Of a stretch of 64,000 bases of DNA, positions 10,147 through 19,216 are shown piece after piece. Under the pieces are notes generated by a model. It was not told the origin of the DNA. It ran no database searches and saw nothing but the letters and a program-made list of their open reading frames with translations. The DNA comes from a virus, in IMG/VR virus record IMGVR_UViG_3300033273_000658, positions 64,001 to 128,000 of that record; one strand, given 5' to 3'. The position numbers were made by a program, and so were the translations under genes. Positions within the stretch are counted from its first letter, which is position 1, and each line of letters begins with the position of its first letter.

Positions 10147-10441
10147 AGCCCAACGTAGAAAATTGGGTATAAAAGGGAAGAAGCCTGATCTTGAAAAAAA
10201 GATTGGGCTTTTTGATAAATTACCCAAACAGTGTACTAATTGTGATGCACCCTATGATAAGAAAGATAAAAAGATGGCTATGACTTGGTCGGTTGTTGTT
10301 CGCGAACAAGAGAACAAGGTGAATCTTTATTGTCCAACTTGCTGGGATAATGCACACAAAATGCTAGATCAAATGAAAAGAGATTTAGCCGATAGACAAC
10401 AAATTAAAGCTTTAGGAGAAACAAATGAGAATAAGAATTAA
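10136..10441 (+). CDS. Zn-finger protein
   Basis: CTNC...CPTC; NRAQRR N-terminus. Confidence 0.55.
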   Translation: MMNRAQRRKLGIKGKKPDLEKKIGLFDKLPKQCTNCDAPYDKKDKKMAMTWSVVVREQENKVNLYCPTCWDNAHKMLDQMKRDLADRQQIKALGETNENKN

Positions 10442-10841
10442 AAAAGTACACCCAGATGCTGTGATACCAAAATACGCTCACTTCGGTGATGCAGCAGTTG
10501 ATTTAGTCGCAACAAGAAAATGGGAAGATGACCATGGCAATGTTTGCTATGGAACAGGACTGGCTATGGAAATACCCCATCACCATGTCGGCTTGTTATT
10601 TGCTAGATCTTCTGTTTCAAAAACAGATCTTCGTCTTTGTAATGCTGTGGGTGTTATTGATGCTGGATACCGTGGCGAGATTATGTTGAAGTTTGATAAG
10701 AATGGCGAGAAACAATACGAACCAGGAGATAGAGTTGGGCAGCTTATGCTTGTCCCTATTCCATCTATCCAGTTTGTACAAGTAGCGAACCTTCCACAAT
10801 CTGATCGTGGTCTTGGTGGCTTTGGCTCTACCGGCAACTAA
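10425..10841 (+). CDS. dut: Trimeric dUTPase
   Basis: AAVDL, RSS, GVIDAGYRGEI, Q, RGLGGFGSTG motifs. Confidence 0.95.
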   Translation: MRIRIKKVHPDAVIPKYAHFGDAAVDLVATRKWEDDHGNVCYGTGLAMEIPHHHVGLLFARSSVSKTDLRLCNAVGVIDAGYRGEIMLKFDKNGEKQYEPGDRVGQLMLVPIPSIQFVQVANLPQSDRGLGGFGSTGN

Positions 10842-10848
10842 TTAAGTT

Positions 10849-11175
10849 ATGGATAAGAAAGATAAATCAAAACGAATTGTGTTTGAGAGTACAACAAACA
10901 AGCATGCACAACTTAAGGTTCGGCTGCAATACGATAGTATGACGCAAGCCGAATTCTTTCGTTGCTTGATTGATGGCTATTTAGCCAAAGATGAAAGGCT
11001 TCTAGAATTTCTAGAAGGCTACAGAATAACTAATGGTAAAGATTCAAAGCGAAATGCTAACTATAGAAAAAAAGATAACAAGAAAGCAGAAGACCTATTA
11101 AACAAGTTTGGAATCAAAGATGACGAATTGGAAAACATCTTTGATTTAATCGAAGAAGAATTTCCTGATTTATAG
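10849..11175 (+). CDS. Hypothetical protein, possibly ribbon-helix-helix
   Basis: KRIVF..LKVRL..MTQAEFFRCLI; no SD, ACTAATTA 4 nt before the ATG. Confidence 0.45.
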   Translation: MDKKDKSKRIVFESTTNKHAQLKVRLQYDSMTQAEFFRCLIDGYLAKDERLLEFLEGYRITNGKDSKRNANYRKKDNKKAEDLLNKFGIKDDELENIFDLIEEEFPDL

Positions 11176-11235
11176 TGTTTTTTGGTTTTATTGTTCTATT
11201 TATTAAGAATTTATGTTTTAAGGAGATTATAAACA

Positions 11236-11820
11236 ATGAAAAAGAAAATTTTGTCTGAAGCCCAAGTTAAACGCTTCATGGGTCTCGCAGGAATCCAACC
11301 TCTTAATGAAATGTCTACGTACACGGAAGAGGAACATAAGGAAGAAGGAAAATCACGCAATCCAAATCCTACTAGTAGAAATGAAGGTCTTTATGAAGAA
11401 GAAGACGCAATGGAACCCCCAATGCCAGAAGATGAAGAAGGCATGGAAGATGTTGATGCGCAAATTGACGAAGATGTTCTAATGGACGCAGTTAAAAGCT
11501 CACTTGAAGTCCATGATGCACTTAAAAGTATAGCATCTTCTGCTGGACTCCCTGTGGATGGAGAGCCTGAAATGAGCGAAGAGCCCCCAATGCCAGAGCC
11601 CGATGATAAAGAAGATGAAGAGGATCCTGAAATGGGTGACATGGAAGACGAAGACATGGATGATGTTCTTAAAGAAGTTGAGATGGAACTCACAGAAAAA
11701 GAAGAACAAGAAATGCAAGAAGAAATCGTTAACGAAGTCGCTCGTCGTGTTGCAAAGCGCATTGTTGAAGCAAAACGTGCTCATAAGCGTATGAACGAGG
11801 CTCTCGGTCGTAAAAAGTAA
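11236..11820 (+). CDS. Acidic protein, prohead-core/scaffold-like
   Basis: Very E/D-rich, repeated LxE sites, RFMGLAGI and IVNEVARRV helices. Confidence 0.45.
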   Translation: MKKKILSEAQVKRFMGLAGIQPLNEMSTYTEEEHKEEGKSRNPNPTSRNEGLYEEEDAMEPPMPEDEEGMEDVDAQIDEDVLMDAVKSSLEVHDALKSIASSAGLPVDGEPEMSEEPPMPEPDDKEDEEDPEMGDMEDEDMDDVLKEVEMELTEKEEQEMQEEIVNEVARRVAKRIVEAKRAHKRMNEALGRKK

Positions 11821-11827
11821 TTATTTC

Positions 11828-11856
11828 TTGACAGTTACATAAAATTGTGTTATACT
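11828..11856 (+). promoter_or_regulatory. sigma70-type promoter of the clpP-like gene
   Basis: TTGACA-17-TATACT; AGTTACATAAAATT at 11833-11846 lies in the spacer. Confidence 0.8.
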
Positions 11857-11906
11857 ATAAAGACTGGGGGCGGAAATCCTCGGTCTTTTTTTACTTAGGA
11901 GGTTAC

Positions 11907-12620
11907 ATGAAACACATTATTGAAAGAATCGTAAGGTTCGCAAAAGAAAAGAAAGGAAAAAAGAAATCAAAGGCTGAGGAACCAGCAAAGGAAGTTACAG
12001 AAGAAACCTCCGATAAACAAGAGGAAAAACCAGCTATTGATGTGCAAGCATTATTAAGCGGTATGGCGGATGAAATGGAGAGTAGAACAATGCTTCTCCA
12101 AGGTGAAGTCAATGAAGAGAAAGCAGGAGAAATTATCTCAGGTTTTTTAGCACTAGCAGACCTTAAACCACCCAAAGGAGAACTCAAAGAAGGTGAGATG
12201 CCTTATGACCCAATCACAATGTATGTGTCGACTTATGGTGGTTCAGCAGATGAAATGTTTGCTATCTTTGATATTATGAATCATTGCAAAAAATCATGCC
12301 ATATTGAAACAATTGGGATCGGGAAGGTCATGTCAGCAGGTACCCTTATACTTGCTGCCGGTACGAAAGGAAAGCGAAAAATTTCTAAAAACTGTCGTGT
12401 TATGTTACATCAAGTATCAGCCGGAGCATTCGGTCCCCTATTCAATATGACAACAGAGATTGATGCCATTCAAAAGCTTCAAGATCAATACATTGACGCT
12501 ATGGCTTCTTGTACAAACCTATCAAAAAGGAAGTTGAAATCACTACTTAATGAGAGGGTTAATGTTTATTTGACAGCCGAAGAAGCAGTTGAATATGGAT
12601 TAGCTGACATTATTATTTAG
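11907..12620 (+). CDS. clpP: ClpP-family protease
   Basis: YVSTYGG, GKVMSAG (Ser), RVMLHQ (His), YLTAEEAVEYGLAD; start after AGGAGG. Confidence 0.85.
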   Translation: MKHIIERIVRFAKEKKGKKKSKAEEPAKEVTEETSDKQEEKPAIDVQALLSGMADEMESRTMLLQGEVNEEKAGEIISGFLALADLKPPKGELKEGEMPYDPITMYVSTYGGSADEMFAIFDIMNHCKKSCHIETIGIGKVMSAGTLILAAGTKGKRKISKNCRVMLHQVSAGAFGPLFNMTTEIDAIQKLQDQYIDAMASCTNLSKRKLKSLLNERVNVYLTAEEAVEYGLADIII

Positions 12621-12630
12621 AGGTTATAAA

Positions 12631-13518
12631 ATGCAAGACAAGATATTTTACAATGAATCATCCGCACAATCTTTGGGCTGGGAACCTTCCTGGCTCGGAG
12701 CAAAAGGATTTGATGATGCTTTGATTAGAAAGATTCGTACTTTCCAACGAGAGAATGGACTCAAACCCGATGGTCTTCTTGGGCCTGGAACATATCGTAG
12801 ACTTTTGGCTCATCGTGAGGCCCAAGAAGAATATAATAATCATGTTGAGATCCAACCTGGGGAGAAAGCAATTCTCTACAAGGGCAAGAAGTTTCCAATC
12901 AAATGGGATAAGGTTGTCCTCCCATCAGATCCAGGCGGCATGGAACACGATAACGGTTATCAGCACATGAAACGCAAGCGCCAAGTATCCATGTTTGTGG
13001 CTCATTGGGATGTCTGTCTTAATTCAAAAACATGTTTTAAGGTTCTGAACAAGACAAGCCGTCAAGCTTCAATACACTTTGCTATTGATAATGACGGAAC
13101 TATCTATCAGTTCCTTGACATGAATCATATTGCTTGGCATGCTTCCAAGCGTATGGTAAACAAGAAGTCTGTTGGTGTGGAGATCTCCAATGCTTATTAT
13201 CCCAAGTATCAAAACTGGTATAAGAAGAATGGTTTTGGAGAGAGACCAATGATAACAGACGCAACTGTTCATGGAAAGAAGATGGAACCATTTATGGATT
13301 TCTATCCTGTGCAGAAAGAAGCATTGAAAGCACTCATGGAAGCTGTGCACAATGCCCTTGGTATTCCTTTGGAAGCACCCGAAGGAGACACCGTTGTTAA
13401 AGATGTTGCATCAGCAAAGTATAAAGGTTTTGTACACCACTACAATGTGGTTAAGAACAAGATTGATTGTGCTGGTCTAAACTTAAATAAATTAATAAAA
13501 GAAATAAAAAACACTTGA
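12631..13518 (+). CDS. Endolysin: peptidoglycan-binding domain plus Amidase_2
   Basis: FQRENGLKPDGLLGPGT; VAHW, SIHFAID..G.IYQ, AWHA, SVGVEI, H..KIDC. Confidence 0.85.
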   Translation: MQDKIFYNESSAQSLGWEPSWLGAKGFDDALIRKIRTFQRENGLKPDGLLGPGTYRRLLAHREAQEEYNNHVEIQPGEKAILYKGKKFPIKWDKVVLPSDPGGMEHDNGYQHMKRKRQVSMFVAHWDVCLNSKTCFKVLNKTSRQASIHFAIDNDGTIYQFLDMNHIAWHASKRMVNKKSVGVEISNAYYPKYQNWYKKNGFGERPMITDATVHGKKMEPFMDFYPVQKEALKALMEAVHNALGIPLEAPEGDTVVKDVASAKYKGFVHHYNVVKNKIDCAGLNLNKLIKEIKNT

Positions 13519-13564
13519 CAACTACCAAAACCGTGTTATATTATTGTATAAGCTTGGAGGCTAA

Positions 13565-15139
13565 ATGTCAAAACAATATAGTAACGGGTCTTCTCTTAAC
13601 GAGAAGATCCTTAAAGGTATGAACGTTCTTGCAGACAATGTGGGAACAACCCTTGGTCCAAAAGGACGCAATGTTATTCTTTATGATAAGAAACAAAACA
13701 TCCCTGTGATCACAAAAGATGGTGTAACCATCGCAAAGTTTGTGGAACTTGAAGACCCATTTGAAAACGTCGGTGTTCAAATCCTAAAACAAGCAGCAGA
13801 ACAATCTGCAAACAAAGCTGGTGATGGAACCACAACCACCACCGTCTTGACTAGAGGAATCATCAACAAGGCTCAGAAGTATCTGACCTCTGGTGTTTCT
13901 CCTATTGAACTCAAACGTGGTATGGACAAAGCATGTGAAGTTATCTGTGAGAAACTTGCAGAACATGCGAGACCTATCCAAACAGAAGAAGACATCTTTC
14001 ACATCGCAACTATTTCTGCTAACAACGACAAGTCTATTGGAACATTAATCTCCAAGGCTATCGATGCAGCAGGTAAAGATGGGACAGTTCTTGTTGAAGA
14101 AGCTCGCTCTGTTAATACATCACTTGATCTCATCGAAGGATTTCGTTTCGATAGTGGCTACATTTCGCCCACATTTATCACGAACGAACGCGCTGGTACG
14201 GTAGACTACGATAGTCCTCTTCTGCTCGTTACAGATGAAAAAGTTGAGACAATAGAACAAATTTTACCTACTCTAGAACTGGCTGCGAGAGAGTCTCGTC
14301 CTCTCATTATTGTTGCTGGTGAAATGGAAGGTCAAGCGTTGGCTGCTGTGATTGCAAATGCTGTCCGTGGCACAATGAAAGTTGCTGCTGTCAAGGCTCC
14401 GAGATACGGAGAAGAAAGACGTAACATCCTCAAAGACCTTTGTGCCTCTGTTGGTGCGACTTTCGTTACAAGAGAAAACGGATTGACCCTGAAAGAAGTT
14501 AAACTAACACACTTCGGTCAATCAAAAAGAATTACAGTATCAAAAGCTTGGACAACAATCGTAGGAGGTAAAGGTGATGAAGAAGAAATTGAAAAGCGTA
14601 TTGAGGCTGTTAAGGCCCTCATTGCTGAAGAAGAGGATCTCCGAGTCTGTGAGCGTCATCAAGAGCGAATCACTAGATTGGCATCCGGAGTGGCCGTTAT
14701 AAAGGTTGGTGCTGCAACTGAGGTTGAAATGATTGAGAAGAAGCATCGTATTGATGATGCTTTGGAAGCTGTTCGTTCGGCACAAGAAGAAGGTATCGTT
14801 CCTGGTGGCGGTGTTTCATTGCTTAAGTCTGTATCTGATATCCAGATTCAAGCAGATAATGATGAGCAAGCCTTGGGTGCCAAGATTGTTGTTGAAGCAG
14901 TTGAAGAACCTATCCGTCAAATGGCAAAGAATGCTGGTCTGTCACCTGACCTTGTTGTTCAGCAAGTTCGTGAGACAACTAGTTTCAATCATGGTATGAA
15001 TTTCTTGACCGGAGACATAGTTAACCTACTAGATTCAGGTGTTATTGACCCAGTTAAAGTTACAAAGTGCGCGTTGCAAAATGCAGTCTCTGTATCATCA
15101 ACTATTATCACAACTAGCCACGCGATTGTGAACTCCTGA
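13565..15139 (+). CDS. groEL: Chaperonin GroEL
   Basis: TLGPKGRNV, ITKDGVTIAK, AGDGTTT, KAPRYG, GIVPGGG, GVIDPVKV; no GGM tail; no groES in this window. Confidence 0.95.
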   Translation: MSKQYSNGSSLNEKILKGMNVLADNVGTTLGPKGRNVILYDKKQNIPVITKDGVTIAKFVELEDPFENVGVQILKQAAEQSANKAGDGTTTTTVLTRGIINKAQKYLTSGVSPIELKRGMDKACEVICEKLAEHARPIQTEEDIFHIATISANNDKSIGTLISKAIDAAGKDGTVLVEEARSVNTSLDLIEGFRFDSGYISPTFITNERAGTVDYDSPLLLVTDEKVETIEQILPTLELAARESRPLIIVAGEMEGQALAAVIANAVRGTMKVAAVKAPRYGEERRNILKDLCASVGATFVTRENGLTLKEVKLTHFGQSKRITVSKAWTTIVGGKGDEEEIEKRIEAVKALIAEEEDLRVCERHQERITRLASGVAVIKVGAATEVEMIEKKHRIDDALEAVRSAQEEGIVPGGGVSLLKSVSDIQIQADNDEQALGAKIVVEAVEEPIRQMAKNAGLSPDLVVQQVRETTSFNHGMNFLTGDIVNLLDSGVIDPVKVTKCALQNAVSVSSTIITTSHAIVNS

Positions 15140-15166
15140 AACTAGTTACTAGTGGAGGAATTTACT

Positions 15167-15433
15167 ATGACAAACAGTGACATAACACACTTGACCCAAG
15201 CTATTATGGAGCTGAAAGGTCAGATCGAAAGAATGTCTGAGCGCCAAGAAGAAATGGTTGAAGACGTTAAGAAAATTAAAGAGGCGGTATACAACCCAGA
15301 TGAAGGTTTGTATGCTCGCCTTAGAGCATTAGAACAGTGGCAAGAGAATCAATCAAAGATACAATGGTTTGTGTTGACGAGTATTTTTGGTCTTATCATG
15401 ACAACTGTATATAAAATGATAATTGTTACTTGA
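15167..15433 (+). CDS. Coiled-coil protein with C-terminal TM helix (XhlA/holin-like)
   Basis: GLYARLRALE then one hydrophobic helix; ACTAGTTA motif at 15141. Confidence 0.45.
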   Translation: MTNSDITHLTQAIMELKGQIERMSERQEEMVEDVKKIKEAVYNPDEGLYARLRALEQWQENQSKIQWFVLTSIFGLIMTTVYKMIIVT

Positions 15434-15458
15434 CAAATGCTCTGAAACATGTTATAAT
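15430..15458 (+). promoter_or_regulatory. sigma70-type promoter
   Basis: TTGACA-17-TATAAT. Confidence 0.85.
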
Positions 15459-15478
15459 TAAATATACTTGGAGGTATT

Positions 15479-15766
15479 ATGAGAGTAAGAATAAGTTATT
15501 CGGTAGAACTAGAAGATGTACCGGGTGAATGTGCACGTATGCTTCATGATTCTTTGGAGCACGTTGAAGAAGTACGCGAAGAAATTGTTGAGCTGGTCAA
15601 ACAACTTGATGATGATAAAGGGCAGGCATGGCTTGTCAAAGATAAAATTGATAGAACTAGACAAAAACTAGCAAAGCTTGATGCTGTCCTATCAGATAAT
15701 GACATGATCTTGGAAGGTTATTTCAAAGCCAAAGAGCCGGAGGTTGAAGATGCTAGCGAAGGGTGA
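15479..15766 (+). CDS. Hypothetical coiled-coil protein
   Basis: GGAGG RBS after promoter. Confidence 0.6.
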   Translation: MRVRISYSVELEDVPGECARMLHDSLEHVEEVREEIVELVKQLDDDKGQAWLVKDKIDRTRQKLAKLDAVLSDNDMILEGYFKAKEPEVEDASEG

Positions 15767-15962
15767 TCTCGTACGGGTTCCGGCTAACAGTTGTTTGACA
15801 CAAACTCAGTCGGAGCTTCACTTGATTGATAGATACACGTATCTTGAAAAACCAACACTTGGTATTTTTATTAAGTATGTTGGTAGACAGGCACTGTTGT
15901 TTATTAATGAGAACTACTGGAGAGTAGATACAAAAGATGTTAGATATGTAGGAGCAGCATAA
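15750..15962 (+). CDS. Small KOW/SH3-like protein
   Basis: KGDLVRV pattern; GGAGG RBS. Confidence 0.55.
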   Translation: MLAKGDLVRVPANSCLTQTQSELHLIDRYTYLEKPTLGIFIKYVGRQALLFINENYWRVDTKDVRYVGAA

Positions 15963-16255
15963 TGAGCACATTAGTAGAATTAATTGAGATTAAAAAAGAT
16001 ACAAAAGGAAATTACATGTTGAACACCATCTATGTAAATCCGAATCAAATTGTATTCATGCAAGAGAATCGACAAATCAAACAACAACTACAAGAAGGAA
16101 AGATAAGTCTTGGACTAAATCAGAACTTCACACAGTTTACAGACATTAGAATGAACTTCTCTTCTTATGTTTCTAATGTCACAGTGGTTGGAGATCCCGG
16201 TTTGATTGAGACAAAGATACACAAACAAAGTTTTAAACAGTTGCTGAGAGACTAG
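15962..16255 (+). CDS. Hypothetical protein (weakly FlbD-like)
   Basis: IYVNPNQIVFMQE. Confidence 0.45.
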   Translation: MSTLVELIEIKKDTKGNYMLNTIYVNPNQIVFMQENRQIKQQLQEGKISLGLNQNFTQFTDIRMNFSSYVSNVTVVGDPGLIETKIHKQSFKQLLRD

Positions 16256-16308
16256 TTCTGTCTAAAACAATTATTTTTCAACTAAAATAATTATAAAACG
16301 GAGGTAAA

Positions 16309-16572
16309 ATGAAAAAATACATAGTTTATGGAAGATCAAGCTGTCCTTATTGTATTAAGGTAGTGAACAAGTTATTGAGAGGTGGTAAGACATTTTATGT
16401 TGAACTGCACGATAGCACACCAGAAAAATTAGAAGAGGTTAAGAAAAGATTTAACCACCCAACAATTCCTGTTGTTACTTTTATAGACGACACAGAGATT
16501 CTTATCGGTGGTTGCGACGATACGATTGACCATCTTAAAAAAGAGAAGTCGAATGACGCTAGTGAGACATAA
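16309..16572 (+). CDS. Glutaredoxin
   Basis: CPYC, TIP, IGGCDD. Confidence 0.9.
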   Translation: MKKYIVYGRSSCPYCIKVVNKLLRGGKTFYVELHDSTPEKLEEVKKRFNHPTIPVVTFIDDTEILIGGCDDTIDHLKKEKSNDASET

Positions 16573-16765
16573 GCAACAAAAGTTCTTTGAGATTCTAGGT
16601 TTTGGAATTGTATTAGAAGACCACGGATACAAAGTCTTAGTAAGGTGGATTAATCCAAAGTCTCATAAACATACTCAACACATAATGACAAAGAACGCAC
16701 TACTCTTTCTTGACCCAAACGAGAAAGATTGTATTAAAGAACCGGAGATAATATGGAAAAATTAG
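16553..16765 (+). CDS. Hypothetical protein, paralog of 22263..22451
   Basis: Shared RH..F..GFGIV.ED...V.W...LD pattern. Confidence 0.5.
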   Translation: MTLVRHKQQKFFEILGFGIVLEDHGYKVLVRWINPKSHKHTQHIMTKNALLFLDPNEKDCIKEPEIIWKN

Positions 16766-17118
16766 ATGATTTTACAACAATGAAGCCGTGGGGACACGAG
16801 ATTCGTTTTGCACAGAATGATAAATACCTTGGAAAGATCCTTTATATCAAAAAAGGCCACAGGCTTTCAAGACAGTATCATGAGCTAAAAGACGAGACAA
16901 TTTTCGTTCAACATGGCACCCTTATACTAGAGCTAGGTTCACCTGACGTAGGCAGTTTTGAGCGCAAAATTCTTGGATACGGGGAAAGATTTCGTATACT
17001 TCCGGGAGTGATCCATCGTTTTTGTGCCCCTGATGATGCGCCGGTTACACTTATTGAAGTTTCAACACCTGAGATTAATGATGTTGTAAGGCTTGAAGAC
17101 GATTATAAAAGAGCATAG
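16753..17118 (+). CDS. Cupin, mannose-6-phosphate-isomerase-like
   Basis: KPWG, LSRQYH..KDET, HRF, EVST, RLEDDY. Confidence 0.8.
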   Translation: MEKLDDFTTMKPWGHEIRFAQNDKYLGKILYIKKGHRLSRQYHELKDETIFVQHGTLILELGSPDVGSFERKILGYGERFRILPGVIHRFCAPDDAPVTLIEVSTPEINDVVRLEDDYKRA

Positions 17119-17174
17119 TTAGTCTCCGTTTGCTCACCCTTCTCTCTATTTACTGTAGGGGGGAGGGTTTTTTT

Positions 17175-17882
17175 ATGTTATTGAGTTTAATTTTGGCTTG
17201 TACTTTAGGGTACAATTATGACAATGAAGGGGTGTCGTTATCGTTTGAACAGACAGCAGCAACTCATTATTTTTATTATGATAAGGCAGTAGAATCTTCC
17301 GTTAGAATTTTATCTTATTCCGGAGAAGAAGAGACTGGACATGCATCTGGCAACTACTTTAAATTGGGACAACACAGATTTATTATTACAGCAGCTCATG
17401 TTGTCACGGATGGAGACGATCTTTATGTTGAAGACTACAAAGATAAAGTGGAACTTGAGATTGTTGGTATTGATGTAGGAAACGATATTGCATTTGCTAT
17501 ACCAAAAAAGAATTTAAAAAGCGCAAAGCCCGTAAACTATAGAACAAATAAAAAACTAAACATTATAGGAGATACGATGGTATACGCAGGGTACCCTGCT
17601 GACTTAAATAAATCTGTATTTCATGGAACAGTTTCTACAGAAGCTAGATATTCTTTTATAATGCAATCTTTTGCTTTACCAGGAGCTTCTGGTTCTGTTG
17701 TTTTTGATAACAAAGGTTTGGCTGTTGGAGTGCTAAGTGCAATCAAGGTGGGGTACTCCGGAATCAGCCCATGGCCTCAGCTACATGGTTCCCTTGTTTA
17801 TGTTAATCGATTGAATTTTTATGACAAATACATGCTAGAGGAGTTGTTGGTGAAGTGGAAAAAATTAAAGTCGGAACTCTGA
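17175..17882 (+). CDS. Secreted/lipoprotein trypsin-like serine protease
   Basis: MLLSLILAC signal; TAAHV, NDIA, PGASGS triad motifs. Confidence 0.85.
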   Translation: MLLSLILACTLGYNYDNEGVSLSFEQTAATHYFYYDKAVESSVRILSYSGEEETGHASGNYFKLGQHRFIITAAHVVTDGDDLYVEDYKDKVELEIVGIDVGNDIAFAIPKKNLKSAKPVNYRTNKKLNIIGDTMVYAGYPADLNKSVFHGTVSTEARYSFIMQSFALPGASGSVVFDNKGLAVGVLSAIKVGYSGISPWPQLHGSLVYVNRLNFYDKYMLEELLVKWKKLKSEL

Positions 17883-18067
17883 TAGAAGACATGGGAAAGA
17901 TGGGAATCATTACTAAAGTCATTACTAGTGGAACACTTAAAACAGATAACGAATTGATTAAGTGGAGAAACAATTATGAAATCTTTTATTCTGATGGAAC
18001 GATAGCAATACTTGGTGAAGCTACACTTCACAGACTTATAGAAAAGGGAGATGTTAAGATCTTATGA
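17855..18067 (+). CDS. Small KOW/SH3-like protein
   Basis: IKVGTLI..MGII pattern. Confidence 0.5.
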   Translation: MEKIKVGTLIEDMGKMGIITKVITSGTLKTDNELIKWRNNYEIFYSDGTIAILGEATLHRLIEKGDVKIL

Positions 18068-18107
18068 CCTACTACTACCCTACTACCCCCCTACCCCCCT
18101 CCCCTAC
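18068..18107. repeat. C-rich CTACCC tract (G-quadruplex-like on the minus strand)
   Basis: C3, C6, C6 and C4 runs separated by TA/TACTA/T. Confidence 0.7.
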
Positions 18108-18141
18108 GGGGATGGTACGGGTGTATCCGGGGGTATCATGA

Positions 18142-18405
18142 ATGGATTCAATGGATGTAAAATTGCCAACTGAAAAACAAGACTTAATTAGATTATACAT
18201 TTATGTTAACCAAAGAATAAATGAGATCTGGAAAGAGTATGTTGTACACACCAATCTTAAATACGTTTCTGCAACAACAAAGATCTTTGCAATTATTTTT
18301 TGTGAAATGGATTTCTATGAATCTGTTCTAGCTAGAATAAGAGTTCATCTTTCCGAAGATGACATGCAAGAAATGAGAAAGCACGATGCAATTTGGGACT
18401 GGTGA
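18142..18405 (+). CDS. Hypothetical protein
   Basis: ORF track; overlaps next gene. Confidence 0.5.
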   Translation: MDSMDVKLPTEKQDLIRLYIYVNQRINEIWKEYVVHTNLKYVSATTKIFAIIFCEMDFYESVLARIRVHLSEDDMQEMRKHDAIWDW

Positions 18406-18580
18406 GCTTGTGTATTTTGAAGACCTTGATGGTCAAATTTACCTGTCTGTTATTCTTGCTGATGGGGTTTCTGGATACGGTGGAGATACGAGAATAATTT
18501 ATGTTATCTACTCAATCGCAAATCGATCCACTTGGTTGGCTTATGAGTCTGAGCTGACTCTAGCCAAAAACTTTACATAA
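18386..18580 (+). CDS. Small KOW/SH3-like protein
   Basis: FGTGELV..ESEL pattern. Confidence 0.5.
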   Translation: MQFGTGELVYFEDLDGQIYLSVILADGVSGYGGDTRIIYVIYSIANRSTWLAYESELTLAKNFT

Positions 18581-18592
18581 CTTTTTTTATCT

Positions 18593-18962
18593 AAGTTACA
18601 TAAAATTTTAACAAACTTCATAAAACATGTCAAACTTTTTATGTAACTTTCTTAAAATTGTCTCTTGCAAGAATCATGCCAAAAATGTTTTACATAACTC
18701 AGACACTGAAATCGTGGCTGCAACTACCTTTAAGGTTGTTTTTGGATCATTGCAAGAACCATGCCAAACTTTTTTTACATAACTTTGAACCATTTTAAGC
18801 AAGTTACATAAAATTTTAACAAACTTCATAAAATGACTTGCAAGAATCGTGCCAATTTTTATTTACATAACTCAGGCATCGAAAACAGCTCTACGAGCTT
18901 CCAAAGGCCAGATCGCTTAACTTTACTATGAAGTTACATAAAATTTTAACAAACTTCATAAA
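18593..18962. repeat. Three exact 32-bp direct repeats AAGTTACATAAAATTTTAACAAACTTCATAAA
   Basis: Copies at 18593, 18801 and 18931; partial inverted and tandem copies nearby. Confidence 0.9.
18665..18872 (-). promoter_or_regulatory. Island A: three sigma54 -24/-12 consensus sites with linked AGTTATGTAA motif
   Basis: Reverse complement of TGGCAY-N5-TTGCAA at 18665, 18750 and 18838. Confidence 0.8.
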
Positions 18963-19057
18963 CTTTAACAAACTTCATAAAAAAAGTGAAGAAAAAGTTT
19001 GACAAGGTTATTTTGCTGGGTTAATGAATATTCTGCAACACAAAACATGGAGACAAC

Positions 19058-19216
19058 ATGAAAGTTGGTGACTTGGTAAAGAATAAATACAACAACAAAG
19101 TTGGGATAATAATCTCACATAGTGGACGGCCACACCGTATACTTGGTGTAATGTACAGTGTGTGGATAGATGGACTTGATGTGCTATTACACGAATCAGA
19201 CTTGGAGGTATTATGA
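19058..19216 (+). CDS. MKxGDLV micro-protein (not in ORF track)
   Basis: MKVGDLVKN...DLEVL*; GGAG RBS after promoter TTGACA at 18999. Confidence 0.7.
   Translation: MKVGDLVKNKYNNKVGIIISHSGRPHRILGVMYSVWIDGLDVLLHESDLEVL

Noticed and set aside
18593-18983. CRISPR array (32-bp repeats), also considered for 36520-36611 and 40281-40423
   Set aside because: Spacing is irregular (208 and 130 bp), the intervening DNA is itself made of recurring motifs, and no cas genes are in the window.
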